25,333 nt of DNA from Thraustochytrium aureum (taxonomy: Eukaryota): the NCBI GenBank assembly GCA_012862495.1, contig BLSG01000302.1, forward strand, positions 159,574-184,906, in the 5' to 3' direction. The notes below the pieces were generated by a model. The model had not been told where the DNA came from. It searched no databases and saw only the letters and a program-made list of their open reading frames with translations. This document shows, in pieces, positions 1-10,513 of this stretch (the first letter of the stretch is position 1; each line of letters starts with the position of its first letter). The translations under genes were made by a program, and so were the position numbers.

Positions 1-132
1 CGCTTCGGAGGAGGCTTCTTCCAAGTAGCGCGGCGTCCAGGCTGCGACACAATCGCCGTCCCTCAGTGTGTTAAAATCCAGTATGAAAAGTGCTCGTTGT
101 GTTTTTACTTTACTCCTCAGGGGCCGCATCCC

Positions 133-1743
133 TCATCGCCGCGCGCTGCGTTTGAGGATCAGCTGAAGCAGCGCCGAAAGCGCCCTTGGTTGCGTAGCAA
201 GCGCCGTACTGAGCGCAACGGCTAGCGCTATGCCGAGCCTGTACCAGCGCTTGCGTGCCTCCTGGTCGCTTGTAGCCGAAGAAGAAGAAGAAGAGGTTCG
301 CGCTGCGTCGTGGCCGGCAGAACAGACCTTGGACTCTTCTTGGACCTTGAATCGGACGGTTTTGCGTGGCACAGACTGAGTGGTCCTCTCGCCAGCAGCA
401 GTCGACGCCGCTGGTGTCTTTAAAACTGCGCTCGTCTGGCTAGTTTCTGTCAAAGCAATGGCGAGCTGAGGCCCGGCATCGGTGCTACCAACATCTTCGC
501 CGCCTGGTGCCTCCTTTACAGCGCTTGACGGTGAACGGGCTTGCTGCACTGGTCGTGTGGTTTCCAGCAGGTGCTTTTCCGCTTTCTCAGGCATGTGCAT
601 GCTCGCACGATCGACCAGTGCCAAAGATTCGAGATTGCCAACGTCCAAGACGTAGAAGAGGAGGATGCCGATAGCTGCAACAAGCACAAATGTGCTGGGA
701 AAGGGCGAATCCACGTCGAAACGCTTTGCTGTGAGGTTCGATGGCGCCATGGCGAGCGGCGAGTTCCGTTCCGGCAGGAGCAAGATTGGAGAATCGTCCA
801 CCCCGCCGCTCGCAAGGCTGCTGTCATCGAAAGCTGCCCTCTCGTGTTGTTTTGTTGCAGGTTTTGCGGTCCAGGACGCGTTGGCAACGACGCTGAGCTG
901 GGTGGAAACTCCTGCACGAGTGAACTCGCCAGCGTCGGTTGACTGGACATCGTGACCGTCCGGTTCCTCGTGCTCGTGGTCTTGCTGCCTGCGAGCTCGC
1001 AGCACGCCCTCTGCCTCAACGAAGGCGAGCCATGGGGGATTTTCGGGGCGGAAGCTGCTCGGGTCCTCAAGACTCTCTGAGGAGTTCCAGGCGGCTGGAA
1101 CGACGATTGCGCTCAGCAGAATGACGATTAGGACAACGAAAGCAGCCGCATGGGCGTGTCTGGTCTCGGCTAGCCTCCTCCAGGAGCCCTCTGAAGCGAT
1201 TGGGCGCAGCGGCGCAAGCGCAGGAGCGCGCCTGGCTCGCACAGTCAGCGGTGGCTCGGCCTGGTCGGTCTTGGTACGTGTCTGCAGAACAGGCGGCACC
1301 CCAAGAAAAGCTAGCAGCACCGTGCTTGTTTTCACCTGAGGCTCTGCGAGCGCCCAACGCAGGAGCCGCTGGAAGGCGGCCTGCCGCTCGTCCAACGTGT
1401 GTTCGAGGGATCCGCAGCCAGGAAGGGCGATGCTCCCAAAAGGCCGCTTGCCGGGGAGCTTTGGCACCTGAGGCGTTGCCCCGCTGCTCGACCTGGTCGC
1501 TGCGCGCACGATGAACCCGCGCAACGCGCAAAACTCCGAGTACGTTTTCTGAACGCGCCAGCGACGCCGCCGCGCTCCGCGCTCCGCCCCGCCGACGACC
1601 GCGACCTCATACACAAACCGCCCCCCTTGCGCTCTCGTAGCCTTTCCAACGAGGGCTGTGTCCACAAGCTGCGCCATGGCGTGGACGTCCCGCGCGGCTA
1701 TGTCCTGTCCTGGCTCGGCCTTGGTGGTCGCGAGCGACGACAT
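133..1743 (-). CDS. PX (phox homology) domain protein with 2-3 predicted transmembrane segments; start uncertain (may extend into the gap at 1815-2237)
   Basis: PX motifs FVYEVAV...WRVQKTYSEFCALR...VPKLPGKRPFG...LDERQAAFQRLL...LLAFLGV; hydrophobic segments AAAFVVLIVILLSAIVVPAAW, TFVLVAAIGILLFYVL and LGIALAVALSTALA; TGA stop at 133-135. Confidence 0.8.
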   Translation of the reverse strand: MSSLATTKAEPGQDIAARDVHAMAQLVDTALVGKATRAQGGRFVYEVAVVGGAERGARRRRWRVQKTYSEFCALRGFIVRAATRSSSGATPQVPKLPGKRPFGSIALPGCGSLEHTLDERQAAFQRLLRWALAEPQVKTSTVLLAFLGVPPVLQTRTKTDQAEPPLTVRARRAPALAPLRPIASEGSWRRLAETRHAHAAAFVVLIVILLSAIVVPAAWNSSESLEDPSSFRPENPPWLAFVEAEGVLRARRQQDHEHEEPDGHDVQSTDAGEFTRAGVSTQLSVVANASWTAKPATKQHERAAFDDSSLASGGVDDSPILLLPERNSPLAMAPSNLTAKRFDVDSPFPSTFVLVAAIGILLFYVLDVGNLESLALVDRASMHMPEKAEKHLLETTRPVQQARSPSSAVKEAPGGEDVGSTDAGPQLAIALTETSQTSAVLKTPAASTAAGERTTQSVPRKTVRFKVQEESKVCSAGHDAARTSSSSSSATSDQEARKRWYRLGIALAVALSTALATQPRALSALLQLILKRSARR

Positions 1744-1814
1744 CACGAGTGTCTGCGCGGCTTTGGCCTCGCCGCTGGCAGGCGCCCTGCCACGGCTTCC
1801 GCACTTGGCCAGCA

Positions 1815-2237
1815 NNNNNNNNNNNNNNNNNNNNNNNNNNNNNNNNNNNNNNNNNNNNNNNNNNNNNNNNNNNNNNNNNNNNNNNNNNNNNNNNNNNNNN
1901 NNNNNNNNNNNNNNNNNNNNNNNNNNNNNNNNNNNNNNNNNNNNNNNNNNNNNNNNNNNNNNNNNNNNNNNNNNNNNNNNNNNNNNNNNNNNNNNNNNNN
2001 NNNNNNNNNNNNNNNNNNNNNNNNNNNNNNNNNNNNNNNNNNNNNNNNNNNNNNNNNNNNNNNNNNNNNNNNNNNNNNNNNNNNNNNNNNNNNNNNNNNN
2101 NNNNNNNNNNNNNNNNNNNNNNNNNNNNNNNNNNNNNNNNNNNNNNNNNNNNNNNNNNNNNNNNNNNNNNNNNNNNNNNNNNNNNNNNNNNNNNNNNNNN
2201 NNNNNNNNNNNNNNNNNNNNNNNNNNNNNNNNNNNNN
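1815..2237. other. assembly gap
   Basis: run of N. Confidence 1.
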
Positions 2238-2537
2238 TAGAGTACCTTCTCACCCTGCTGTTCAACGAGCCGGCACACCAGCGGCGCGAGGGCCGCAAAG
2301 CCAGCAAGCCAGCGACCCGAAGGCAGCAGGCCCGCCAGCCAGGAAGCGCGCGCGCTGTAGCCGCAGCGAGCGGGCGCGCCGCACTCTGGCGCTCTGGCGG
2401 GAGCGAGCAGGTCAGTTTTTGAACGGAATGGGCTGGCTGCTGGGCGGATGTTGTTCAGAGTACGCTGTGCCCATAGCGTTAGCAAGCGCTCACGAAGATG
2501 CCGGCCAGCAACGAGCCGCAGAGCGCGATTGGCAAGA

Positions 2538-3182
2538 ATGGAGCGGTACTTGCGCAAGCGCAGCGCAGAAGAGGGGACGCCGGCGCGCGAGACGGTGCGC
2601 AAAAGGCGGCCGCGTCAAGGCAAGCTTACGGACTGCCGCAAGGTCACGGCGCTTGGCCAGGTTGAGCAGGCGCGCGACAAGATCCAACTCGCCCTGAAGG
2701 TGCTCCTGAAACTCGACGTCGAGCGAGCAGGCACCGCGGGAAACCAAGATACAGTGGAGATCGCCGACGCTACCAATGAACATGGCGAGGAATGCGCCGC
2801 TGGAGGGGCTGGCGGATCAGACGTCGCGCGGAACCAAGCTGAAAGCGACAAGGGAACGAGAACAGTTGAGATCAAGCCGACGCCGCCGGAGGATGAGCGC
2901 GAAGCTCGCGCTGGGTTTGCTCAGCGGAGCATCAAGGCCGAGCTCGACGCGCTCGAGGGCGTGTTCGTCTCGCTCGAGACGCTCGAGCGGACAGGTGTTG
3001 GCAAGGTCGTCAACAAGCTGACCAAGTCCAAGGCCTGGGTTCCGTCGCGCGACGTGCGCGAGCAAGCTCGACGCCTGGTGGCCAAGTGGAAGCAAACCGC
3101 CGAGGAGGCGTCCGCTCGGCGGAAGCAGCGCGAGAAGGACGAGCGAGAGGGCCGCATCCCAGTCTGCCGCAGAGTCGGCTGA
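2538..3182 (+). CDS. TFIIS N-terminal (Med26/IWS1-like LW) domain protein
   Basis: VSLETLERTGVGKVVNKLTK...VREQARRLVAKWKQ matches the TFIIS_N helical bundle signature; basic N-terminus (RKRRPR) looks like an NLS; ATG at 2538. Confidence 0.75.
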   Translation: MERYLRKRSAEEGTPARETVRKRRPRQGKLTDCRKVTALGQVEQARDKIQLALKVLLKLDVERAGTAGNQDTVEIADATNEHGEECAAGGAGGSDVARNQAESDKGTRTVEIKPTPPEDEREARAGFAQRSIKAELDALEGVFVSLETLERTGVGKVVNKLTKSKAWVPSRDVREQARRLVAKWKQTAEEASARRKQREKDEREGRIPVCRRVG

Positions 3183-3423
3183 GCTGATATCAACTTGGCA
3201 AAAAAGCCCAAAGCCTGCGAACTTGTGTGCCATTGTTCCGTTGCTGTTTGTCTTCCAACGGGCGAGCGAGGTGCCGAGCAACCTCTGCTCCCTGTCCCTT
3301 TATCCCTCTCATTTGCTGCTGATTTCCGTAAATCGCGCACGGGCGTGGCTGGCGTATGGCAAGTGGTGGTCAGACTTTTTTACTTTAAAAAACACACGCG
3401 CAGTGTTGCGGGGCGCTGATGCG

Positions 3424-3445
3424 GGCAGGCAGGCAGGCAGGCAGG
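3424..3445 (+). repeat. (GGCA)n microsatellite
   Basis: ggcaggcaggcaggcaggcagg between two convergent genes. Confidence 0.9.
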
Positions 3446-3516
3446 TCGAGGCGCATTAACGAGCGTCGGTGGCCTCACGACGAGCAATAACAGCAGATCC
3501 GGCGCAGCCACAGCAA

Positions 3517-4800
3517 TCAAGAAATGACACAGGCTTTGCTTGTCTTCTTGCCCGCGACGGAATCAGAGTCAGAGCCTTCCACCCCAGGGAGCCGATTTTT
3601 CTTGGCCTGGTCTTTCTCGTACTCTGAGCCTGTATCCAAAATGCTCCCAGCGACCATGGACGCGTTCGCATTGGGCTCCCCATACATGATCGACCCGTTG
3701 GGGTTGGGCATGGCAGGGGTTGCTGGGTTGTGCTTGGCAGTGCGCTCCCTCTCCTTGTCCTGCACAATCCGCTCAAACGCGAAAACCTCTTCGTCACGCT
3801 TGGCGATTACATCCTTCAAGTCCGGTCGCTTTGCCATTCTCTCCGCGCGGGTCTCGGCAGCCTCTAAGAAGACGACCAGCACGCTGACGTTGTCGGCGTT
3901 TCGCATAGTCTGGCGCGACAGCGCCATCTGGGCGAGACCGTGCGCGGCCTGCACTGGATCTAAGAAGTCTTCGGTGAAATTGACGGCTTCCTCTGGCTTG
4001 ACAAACTCCCACAGCCCGTCGCTGCCGAGGATAAGGACGGTGTCCAAGTCGGTGATTTCGTGGACGACCACGTCGGGCGTGGCGCTGACGCCAATATCGT
4101 GGCACACGAGGTCCCCGATGCTACGTGATACCATGAGACCAGGCGTTTGGATTTCCTTGAGCCACACCCGGAGCGGGCCCTCCATGGGGTTTCCGTTTCG
4201 GCCTCGTTGCGTCTCGACGCGGCCGCCGGCCTCGACTACGCGGTTCCTTTCAGCTTCGAGAGTGAGCTGATGCCGCACATTAAGGAGCTTATCGGTGACG
4301 GCAAAACTATCCGAGCTGTCACTTCCCGCAGCTAGGCTTCCGAGCACGGCGTCGGAATCGCCCACGTTGGCCACGCAGATGCGGGTTTTGGCAACGAGCG
4401 CGATGACGACTGTGGTGCCGCTGAATCGCGCGCTAACCTTGGTCAGTTTGTCCTCTGACAGGCAGAGAATGCGGCTTTGTGTTTCGTGAAAGAGTTTGAC
4501 AAACTCGGGCACGAGTTGGTCCGAATCGGAGAGCATCGCTTTCATGACGGGGTTGTCGGGCTTGGCTAGTTCGTCCCTGAATAGGTCGCGCGTGGTGGAC
4601 GCGCAGATCAGCCCACTGCTTCCGTGCCCGTCCAGCACGCCGACCACGAGCGCTTCGCACTGGCTCCCCTTGGCGGCGCCCGGCGGGAAGCCGCTCGTCA
4701 TGATCATGTCTTGGTTCTCATTCCGCAGGCCTTTCTCGAGGGCCTCGCCCACCTGGGCAACAAGGCGGCTCGATCGGTTGTCAACCCTCGCTTCGGCCAT
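3517..4800 (-). CDS. PP2C/PPM-family Ser/Thr protein phosphatase with C-terminal CaaX motif
   Basis: ENQD, VLDGHG, SGTT, ANVGDS, GLMVSRSIGD, LILGSDGLWE and DNVSV motifs; ends KKTSKACVIS-stop. Confidence 0.95.
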   Translation of the reverse strand: MAEARVDNRSSRLVAQVGEALEKGLRNENQDMIMTSGFPPGAAKGSQCEALVVGVLDGHGSSGLICASTTRDLFRDELAKPDNPVMKAMLSDSDQLVPEFVKLFHETQSRILCLSEDKLTKVSARFSGTTVVIALVAKTRICVANVGDSDAVLGSLAAGSDSSDSFAVTDKLLNVRHQLTLEAERNRVVEAGGRVETQRGRNGNPMEGPLRVWLKEIQTPGLMVSRSIGDLVCHDIGVSATPDVVVHEITDLDTVLILGSDGLWEFVKPEEAVNFTEDFLDPVQAAHGLAQMALSRQTMRNADNVSVLVVFLEAAETRAERMAKRPDLKDVIAKRDEEVFAFERIVQDKERERTAKHNPATPAMPNPNGSIMYGEPNANASMVAGSILDTGSEYEKDQAKKNRLPGVEGSDSDSVAGKKTSKACVIS

Positions 4801-5004
4801 CTTGCTGTCGCTCTCAGTCGACCCGCCGCGTCGCCGTCGGGTCAGCGGCAGCGACCGCGACCGCCCCGCGGCCGCTTGAAGGTGTCCGCCTCGCTCAGCT
4901 TTTCGCGCCTAGCCCTCGCCTGGCGTGCGCGGCCAGGGCAGCCGCCTCCTCGCGCCTCGCTTTGCTCGCTGCTCGTCGTGGACGCGCTGCCTGCCTGCCT
5001 CTGC

Positions 5005-5150
5005 TGTTGCTGCAGGCGCAGCTCGAGCAGTAGCTGCCGCTGCCTGTGCCGCTCGAGCAGTAGTGGTTGGTGGCGCTGTTGCCTGTGCAGTTCGAGCAGG
5101 AGTTGTTGTTGTTGGTGCTGCTGCTGCTGCTGCTGCTGCTGCCTGTGCAG
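5005..5150. repeat. low-complexity (CTG)n/(GTT)n tract with imperfect GCTCGAGCAG / GCCTGTGC repeats
   Basis: about 8 TGC units at 5116-5142, a GTT run, three TCGAGCAG and three GCCTGTGC copies. Confidence 0.75.
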
Positions 5151-6511
5151 GCCGAGACGTAGCTGTCGGTGGCGCTGCCTCTTCGCGCGTCCTTGGCCAG
5201 TTGCCTTTGGCCGGCTCTCCTGGCCGAGCGCGGACTGCCGCGGCACATTCACCAATAGACTTTTCTCTCTCCACCTTTCTCTCGCCTCGCGCCTCGCAGG
5301 TTGTGTTGTACCGGTACTCTCTACACTGTAGACTACGAAGACAATGCGTCGCAACGCTGCGTGTGAGGGCGAAAGCGCAGTGCAGTGCAGGCTGCGAGGA
5401 AGACAGACCGAGGAGCAGCCTGCCTGCGCGGCGACCAGGTTGCTCGTGTGAGGATGCAGTCGCCACGCGCAGCTCGTGCTTGTGCGCTGCATGAGTGTCG
5501 GTTGCTCTCAGTGGGGCTGGCTTAACCTCTCGTCCGTGGTCGTCGTGACGCCAACGGATGCATGTGCTCAACGGACACCCCGAGGGGTATTTGGGGATCG
5601 ACTCGGACGAAAGTGTCATCGGTATAATGCGTAAAACCACGCGGTTTTGGCGGTTGTTGGTGGAGTTTGGCCGGGATGCCTGTGCATAGGAAAGGTTTGC
5701 TTTGGGCGAGAGGCGAGTTCGATGCGGATGCGCGACCAGGCGGCGGCTCTGTCAACGACCGACCTTACGGCTTGAGTATGCTGTTGTGAAGCTTTCAAGA
5801 TACATCGCACTGCAAGTGGCAGGGCCCTCCTGGGGGCGCAGGTCCGGCGCAGGCGTTTTGCAATGCGCAGTGAAGCAAACGACGCAGGCGTGTTTTGTCC
5901 AAAATTGTGCATTGCTCCGCAAGGGGCCTGCCTGCCTGTCTGTTGGGAGCGTGTTGCGCGCAACTGAGAAGCCCGTTGATTGTGTGCCAGTGTTTGCGCG
6001 GCCCGGGAAGGCATGTTTGACGCACCGCCAAGAATTGGTTATTGGTTCTGGTTCTCTTCTGGCTGTGGATCTTCTACTGACGAGAAGCACGCGCAGCTCA
6101 TTGACCCGTCGTTTCGTGCACTCGAGAGCCGCCCGACTCGCAACCGGTAAGCCGCGACCCTCCACGAATCATCCGAGCAACTACAGCGGTGCTCGTGCAC
6201 TCGTGGTAAGTCCTCTTCAGCGCGTCCGGCCCACGGCCAGCGACTCGCCCAGGAGCCGCGCCCAGCCAAAAACTCGCATCCTCAAAAGCAAAAGCAAAAG
6301 CGCGTTGGGCCCGAGAGTCCCAGGGAAACGCGGTTTGCCACAGCCCTGTCATTGCCCTCCAATAACTCGTGCTCGACGAAAATAAATCAATCAAAGCGCG
6401 ATGCGACGGTGCAGGGCAGCGCCGAGCGCGTGGCCGCACTCGCTGAAGGCGCTTCCGCCCGCAGCGCGCTCCGCTCGTGCGAGCACAGTCAGACGCGCTG
6501 CGGCTCGCGTG

Positions 6512-6627
6512 NNNNNNNNNNNNNNNNNNNNNNNNNNNNNNNNNNNNNNNNNNNNNNNNNNNNNNNNNNNNNNNNNNNNNNNNNNNNNNNNNNNNNNNNN
6601 NNNNNNNNNNNNNNNNNNNNNNNNNNN
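6512..6627. other. assembly gap
   Basis: run of N. Confidence 1.
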
Positions 6628-6721
6628 GGCGCGCTGCGGCCTGCCTGGCAGCCTGCCTGTGCTCTGGACTGCCGTGCGTGCCGGCCGAGCAGCGGCGCGT
6701 GGAAGGAGGCGAACGAAAAGG

Positions 6722-9700
6722 ATGGACCTCCAGTCCAGCTCGGACGATGAAGAGCGAGGAGAGCACGAAGGGGCAAAGATCGGCGGCGTGGTCGAGGGAG
6801 CCAGGGCAGGGAGCCACGGTGGGGGGGGCTGGAAGGGCGGCTGGCGGCTGGCGCGGCTGGTGCGGCTGATGCCGAGGAGGCGCCGGAAGGCCCGGGCCGC
6901 GACGGGAACGAGTCGGGCTCGAGTTCCGACTTTAGCCTCTTCGGCGATTGCGCTTCAACGAGCCAAAGCAAAACCAAACCCTTCAGTCTCGAGGCAGAGC
7001 CCAAAGACGGCCCGAACGGGTCCCCTGGCGTCAGGAGCGGCTTTCCAAAGCGGGTTGTCAGCGCTAAACCTTCCAGTGCGCAAGTCCAGGCCAAGTGCAG
7101 CCCGAAAGAGCAGCAGAGCCCGCCGAGCCTCAGCGCACGAAGGAGACAGCGGGTGGACAGCGAGGATAGCGAAAGTAGCTCTGTGGCAGCCAGGAAGCGG
7201 GTCCGGCCTTCTCGGCCAGTTGCTCGCCACCCGCGCGCCTCGAGGCAATTGGGTGGCGCAAAGTCAATACGGGAGCCCTCGCGCGAGCGTGACTCCCAGG
7301 GCGCGGCTCTTAGCGTGCCGAAAAGAAACTCGGCGCCTTTTGACTTGACGAAGGAGCGATGGGCGCGCAACCCGTCCATGCACGAGCGCCCCTTCTTCCT
7401 ACATCCAACTTTTGTCGGCGTTGACGCAGCCTGCCCGATTGGTCACGCAAGCGAGAAGAGGACGAAGAAGGCGGTGGGGACGGAGACGGAGGCTGCGGCG
7501 ACGCGAATACCGACGGAGGCGAATGCGGCCTCGGGGCTAGACCGAGCTGCCAAAGCAGTCGCGAAGGCAAGGCTGGCCGGCTTGTGCAAGACCCGCTTCT
7601 AGGTCAGCTGCGAAGAATCCTGGCCGAGCAGGCTGCCGCAAGGCGCGAACCGAGAGGCGAACGCGGCACCAGGCGCACCCCAATGCCGCGCGCAGATGGC
7701 GAGCTGGCCGCCTTTGTAGAGGCCCGGCGAAACGAGCAAGACGAGGCGTGGGCACAAGTTAGGGCGGCGCGGCGGTGTCGCACTGTGAAGAGTCTGGCTG
7801 ACCTGTGCTTGCAGACCATCCGCAATGACGAGGTGCTTTTTGAAGCCCTTCGTCTGCAAAGTCCGCCTTTCCAAATCGTGGACGCAGGCTGGGTTGAAAA
7901 GTGCTGTAAGATGCGGCGGCAGCTGCTCGTCCCGCGAACGATCAACAGGTATCTCAAGGACTACCAGCGCGAAGGCGCCGAGTTTCTTTGCGACGTGTAC
8001 ACTGGAGTCGTGTCCCCGGACGACCACGTCCGCGGGGCGGTCCTAGCCGACGACATGGGGCTTGGTAAAACTGTGCAAGTGCTGGCGTTTTTGGCAGGTG
8101 AGTTGTAGGTTTTTGGGGTTTGCCCGGTCGTGCTCGCTCGCGCTCGCCAGCGCTGACAGCCCGCGCAGCAATCCTGGAGAAAACGGGCACCTACGCCGAT
8201 CAGCAAGCACTCTACGAGCGCGCGCGCGACAAGCGGCTCGCCAGGGCGTTTGCACGGCGCGGGGCGGTTCTCGTCGTTGTCCCCGAGACGGTGGAGGGCA
8301 ACTGGGTCGAAGAGGTCGCTCGATGGGGCTACTTTAGCGCGATCCAGGTTGGCAAGTCGTCAGGCGGGGCCCGGGCAGACCCGGAGAACCAGCTGGGCGA
8401 GGTGGCGCGGGGCCTCCACGAGCTGGTCATTTGCGGGTATCACCGAATGGTGCGCCTGGTGAACGGCTCGCGAGCGTTCGACCGCGTGAAGTGGAGGGTG
8501 GTGATCTTTGACGAGGTGCACCGCGTTAAAAACCCTCAGACCAAGGCCGCCCAAGCGGCCGTGCAGATCCAGTCGAGGTGCAAACTTGGGCTCACTGGCA
8601 CCTTGATCAGCAACGAGGTTGGCGAGTTGTGGGGCGTCATGAATGTGCTTTCCCCGTTCACGTTTGGCCCAGAAGAGACGTTCAAGTCCCAATTCAGCGA
8701 GCCGATCCAACGCGGGCGCAAGCAGGATGCCTCGGCGCGCGATTTGATGGTCTGCAGAGAGGCGGGCGAGCGGCTCTTCACGACGCTGCGGCGACTGATC
8801 CTGCGGCGGCGCAAGAACATGATTAGCAGCAAGCTAAGCGGCAAGGAGGACCTCATGGTGCTCTGCCCGCTATCGCCCGCGCAGGAGGCCGTGTACTTGC
8901 GCGCGCTCCAGCTTCCGGACTACACCAAGCTCATCGAGAGCCTCAAGCCTGAAAGCACCGACCTGGTCGCACGCGAGGTGCCCGCCGAGGACCAGGTGCT
9001 CTTTGTCCCCGCGAATGTGGCCGAAGAGCTGATGGCGGGCAACCGCGAGCCTGACGCCGAGCTGCCGTTGTGGCGCCTCAATCACCGAGTTCGCCCAGGT
9101 GTGGCGACCCCGGCGGGCGCCCATGGCGCGAAAAACGGCGGCGTAGACGAGGGAGGCGAACGAGATGAGGTGGACGAGGACGGAGTCGATGAGCCGGGCG
9201 AGCCTGGCAGAAAGGAGCACATAGAGGTGAGCGAGATGCACGAGTCAAGCGAGGAAGACACGGACGACGAAACGGAGCGCGACCCAGACACGGGGCTTGT
9301 GGTCCGCACTTTTCAGACCTGCCAAGTGTGTCCGTCGTGCATGCAGATGCCGCTTCTTCTGCATTTGCAGAGCATCGCAAACCACCTGGACCTCGTGCGG
9401 GTCAAGCCGCTCTCTGGGGCGGAGGCCTCGGCGGGGGGGCAAGCTGTGCGGCACGCGTTTCGGAAGCGAATGCGCATCGCCAAACTTTTGCTTGGCGAGC
9501 ACGCGGCGCGGCCGGGCCTCACGGCTGGGGAGGGCGAGCCGTTCCTTCGGAGCGCGCGCTTTGAGGACCTCATCGACGACTCGCAATGTGGAAAAATGCA
9601 GGCGCTGCGCAAGCTCCTGCTTCGGTGGCGTGCCTTGGACGGGATCAAGGTTCTCATCTTCAGCAACTCGATTGTGCTGCTCGACATCCTCACCAACTAC

Positions 9701-10513
9701 TTGCGAAGCCAAGCTTTGCCTTTGCTGCGCCTTGACGGGTCGACTCCCAAGCAGGCCCGGCAAGCGCTTTGCCATCAGTTCAACACTGACCCGAACCAGT
9801 TCGCGTTCCTGATCTCCACCAAGGCGGGCTCTGAAGGGCTCAACCTGACTGGGGCGTCAAAAGTGATCATTTTTGACCCCAACTGGAACCCGAGCGCGGA
9901 CTTGCAGGCGCAGGACCGCGCGTTTCGGCTTGGACAGACGCGCTTCGTGCAAGTCTACCGCTTCATCTCGCGCGGCACCATTGAAGAGGTCAAGTACCTG
10001 CGGCAGGTGGATAAGCAGCACCTTTCTGGCACGATTCTAGACCGGTCCACAGAAAAGCGGCTCTTCAGCAACTCGGAGTTCCGTGGCATCGTCGAGCTCC
10101 TGCGCTATAGCCGCAAGAGCTTTACCATTGAGGTCACCGAGCGGTACCACAAGCGCAACAAAATGTACATCAAGCGCAAGCCGACGGAGGCTGGGCGCGC
10201 TGCAACCCGGATTACGCGCGCCACAGAGGACACGCGTGCAGGAGACGCCTTTGACGTCGTCGCTGTCCGGGCTCCCGGCGCGGTTCCAACAACGGTGGAA
10301 TCGCAGCCGAGCAGCAGTGTGCCGGGAGCTGAAGGCGATGGCGGTTCGCCAGCTGCCGCGCTCGTCGAGGAGCGGTTCGTTGACGACATCGGCCGCTCTG
10401 TTAACTGGTCCGAGATGGTGGGGCATTCGGAGGATCAAGCGCGCTTTGACGAGGACATTCTGGCGAGCCTGCACGAGTCGACGCTGGAACGAGCAGAGCA
10501 ATTCTCTAGCTAG
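6722..10513 (+). CDS. ERCC6L2: SNF2-family helicase, ERCC6L2/RAD26L (plant CHR9/SWI2)-like; intron 8098-8168 is well supported, 5' structure (6722-7430) unresolved
   Basis: VPRTINRYLKDYQREG, GAVLADDMGLGKT, DEVH, LGLTGT, KEDLMVLCPLS, CQVCPSC..P....LQSIANHL, CGKM, STKAGSEGLNLTGASKVIIFDPNWNPSADLQAQDRAFRLGQ; splicing joins VLAFLA to AILEK in frame. Confidence 0.88.
8098..8168 (+). other. spliceosomal intron (71 nt, phase 1)
   Basis: GTGAGT donor, GCTGAC branch-like site, GCAG acceptor; removal restores the helicase frame and removes an in-frame TAG. Confidence 0.9.

Noticed and set aside
3165..3419. Selenocysteine readthrough at CRRVG-TGA of the TFIIS-N protein
   Set aside because: No SECIS core (ATGA...AA...GA) is visible downstream and this family is not a known selenoprotein family
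5522..6385. ORFs of 77-227 aa and small hairpins between the PP2C and helicase genes
   Set aside because: No recognisable domain, mostly non-ATG starts, and no RNA family signature identified
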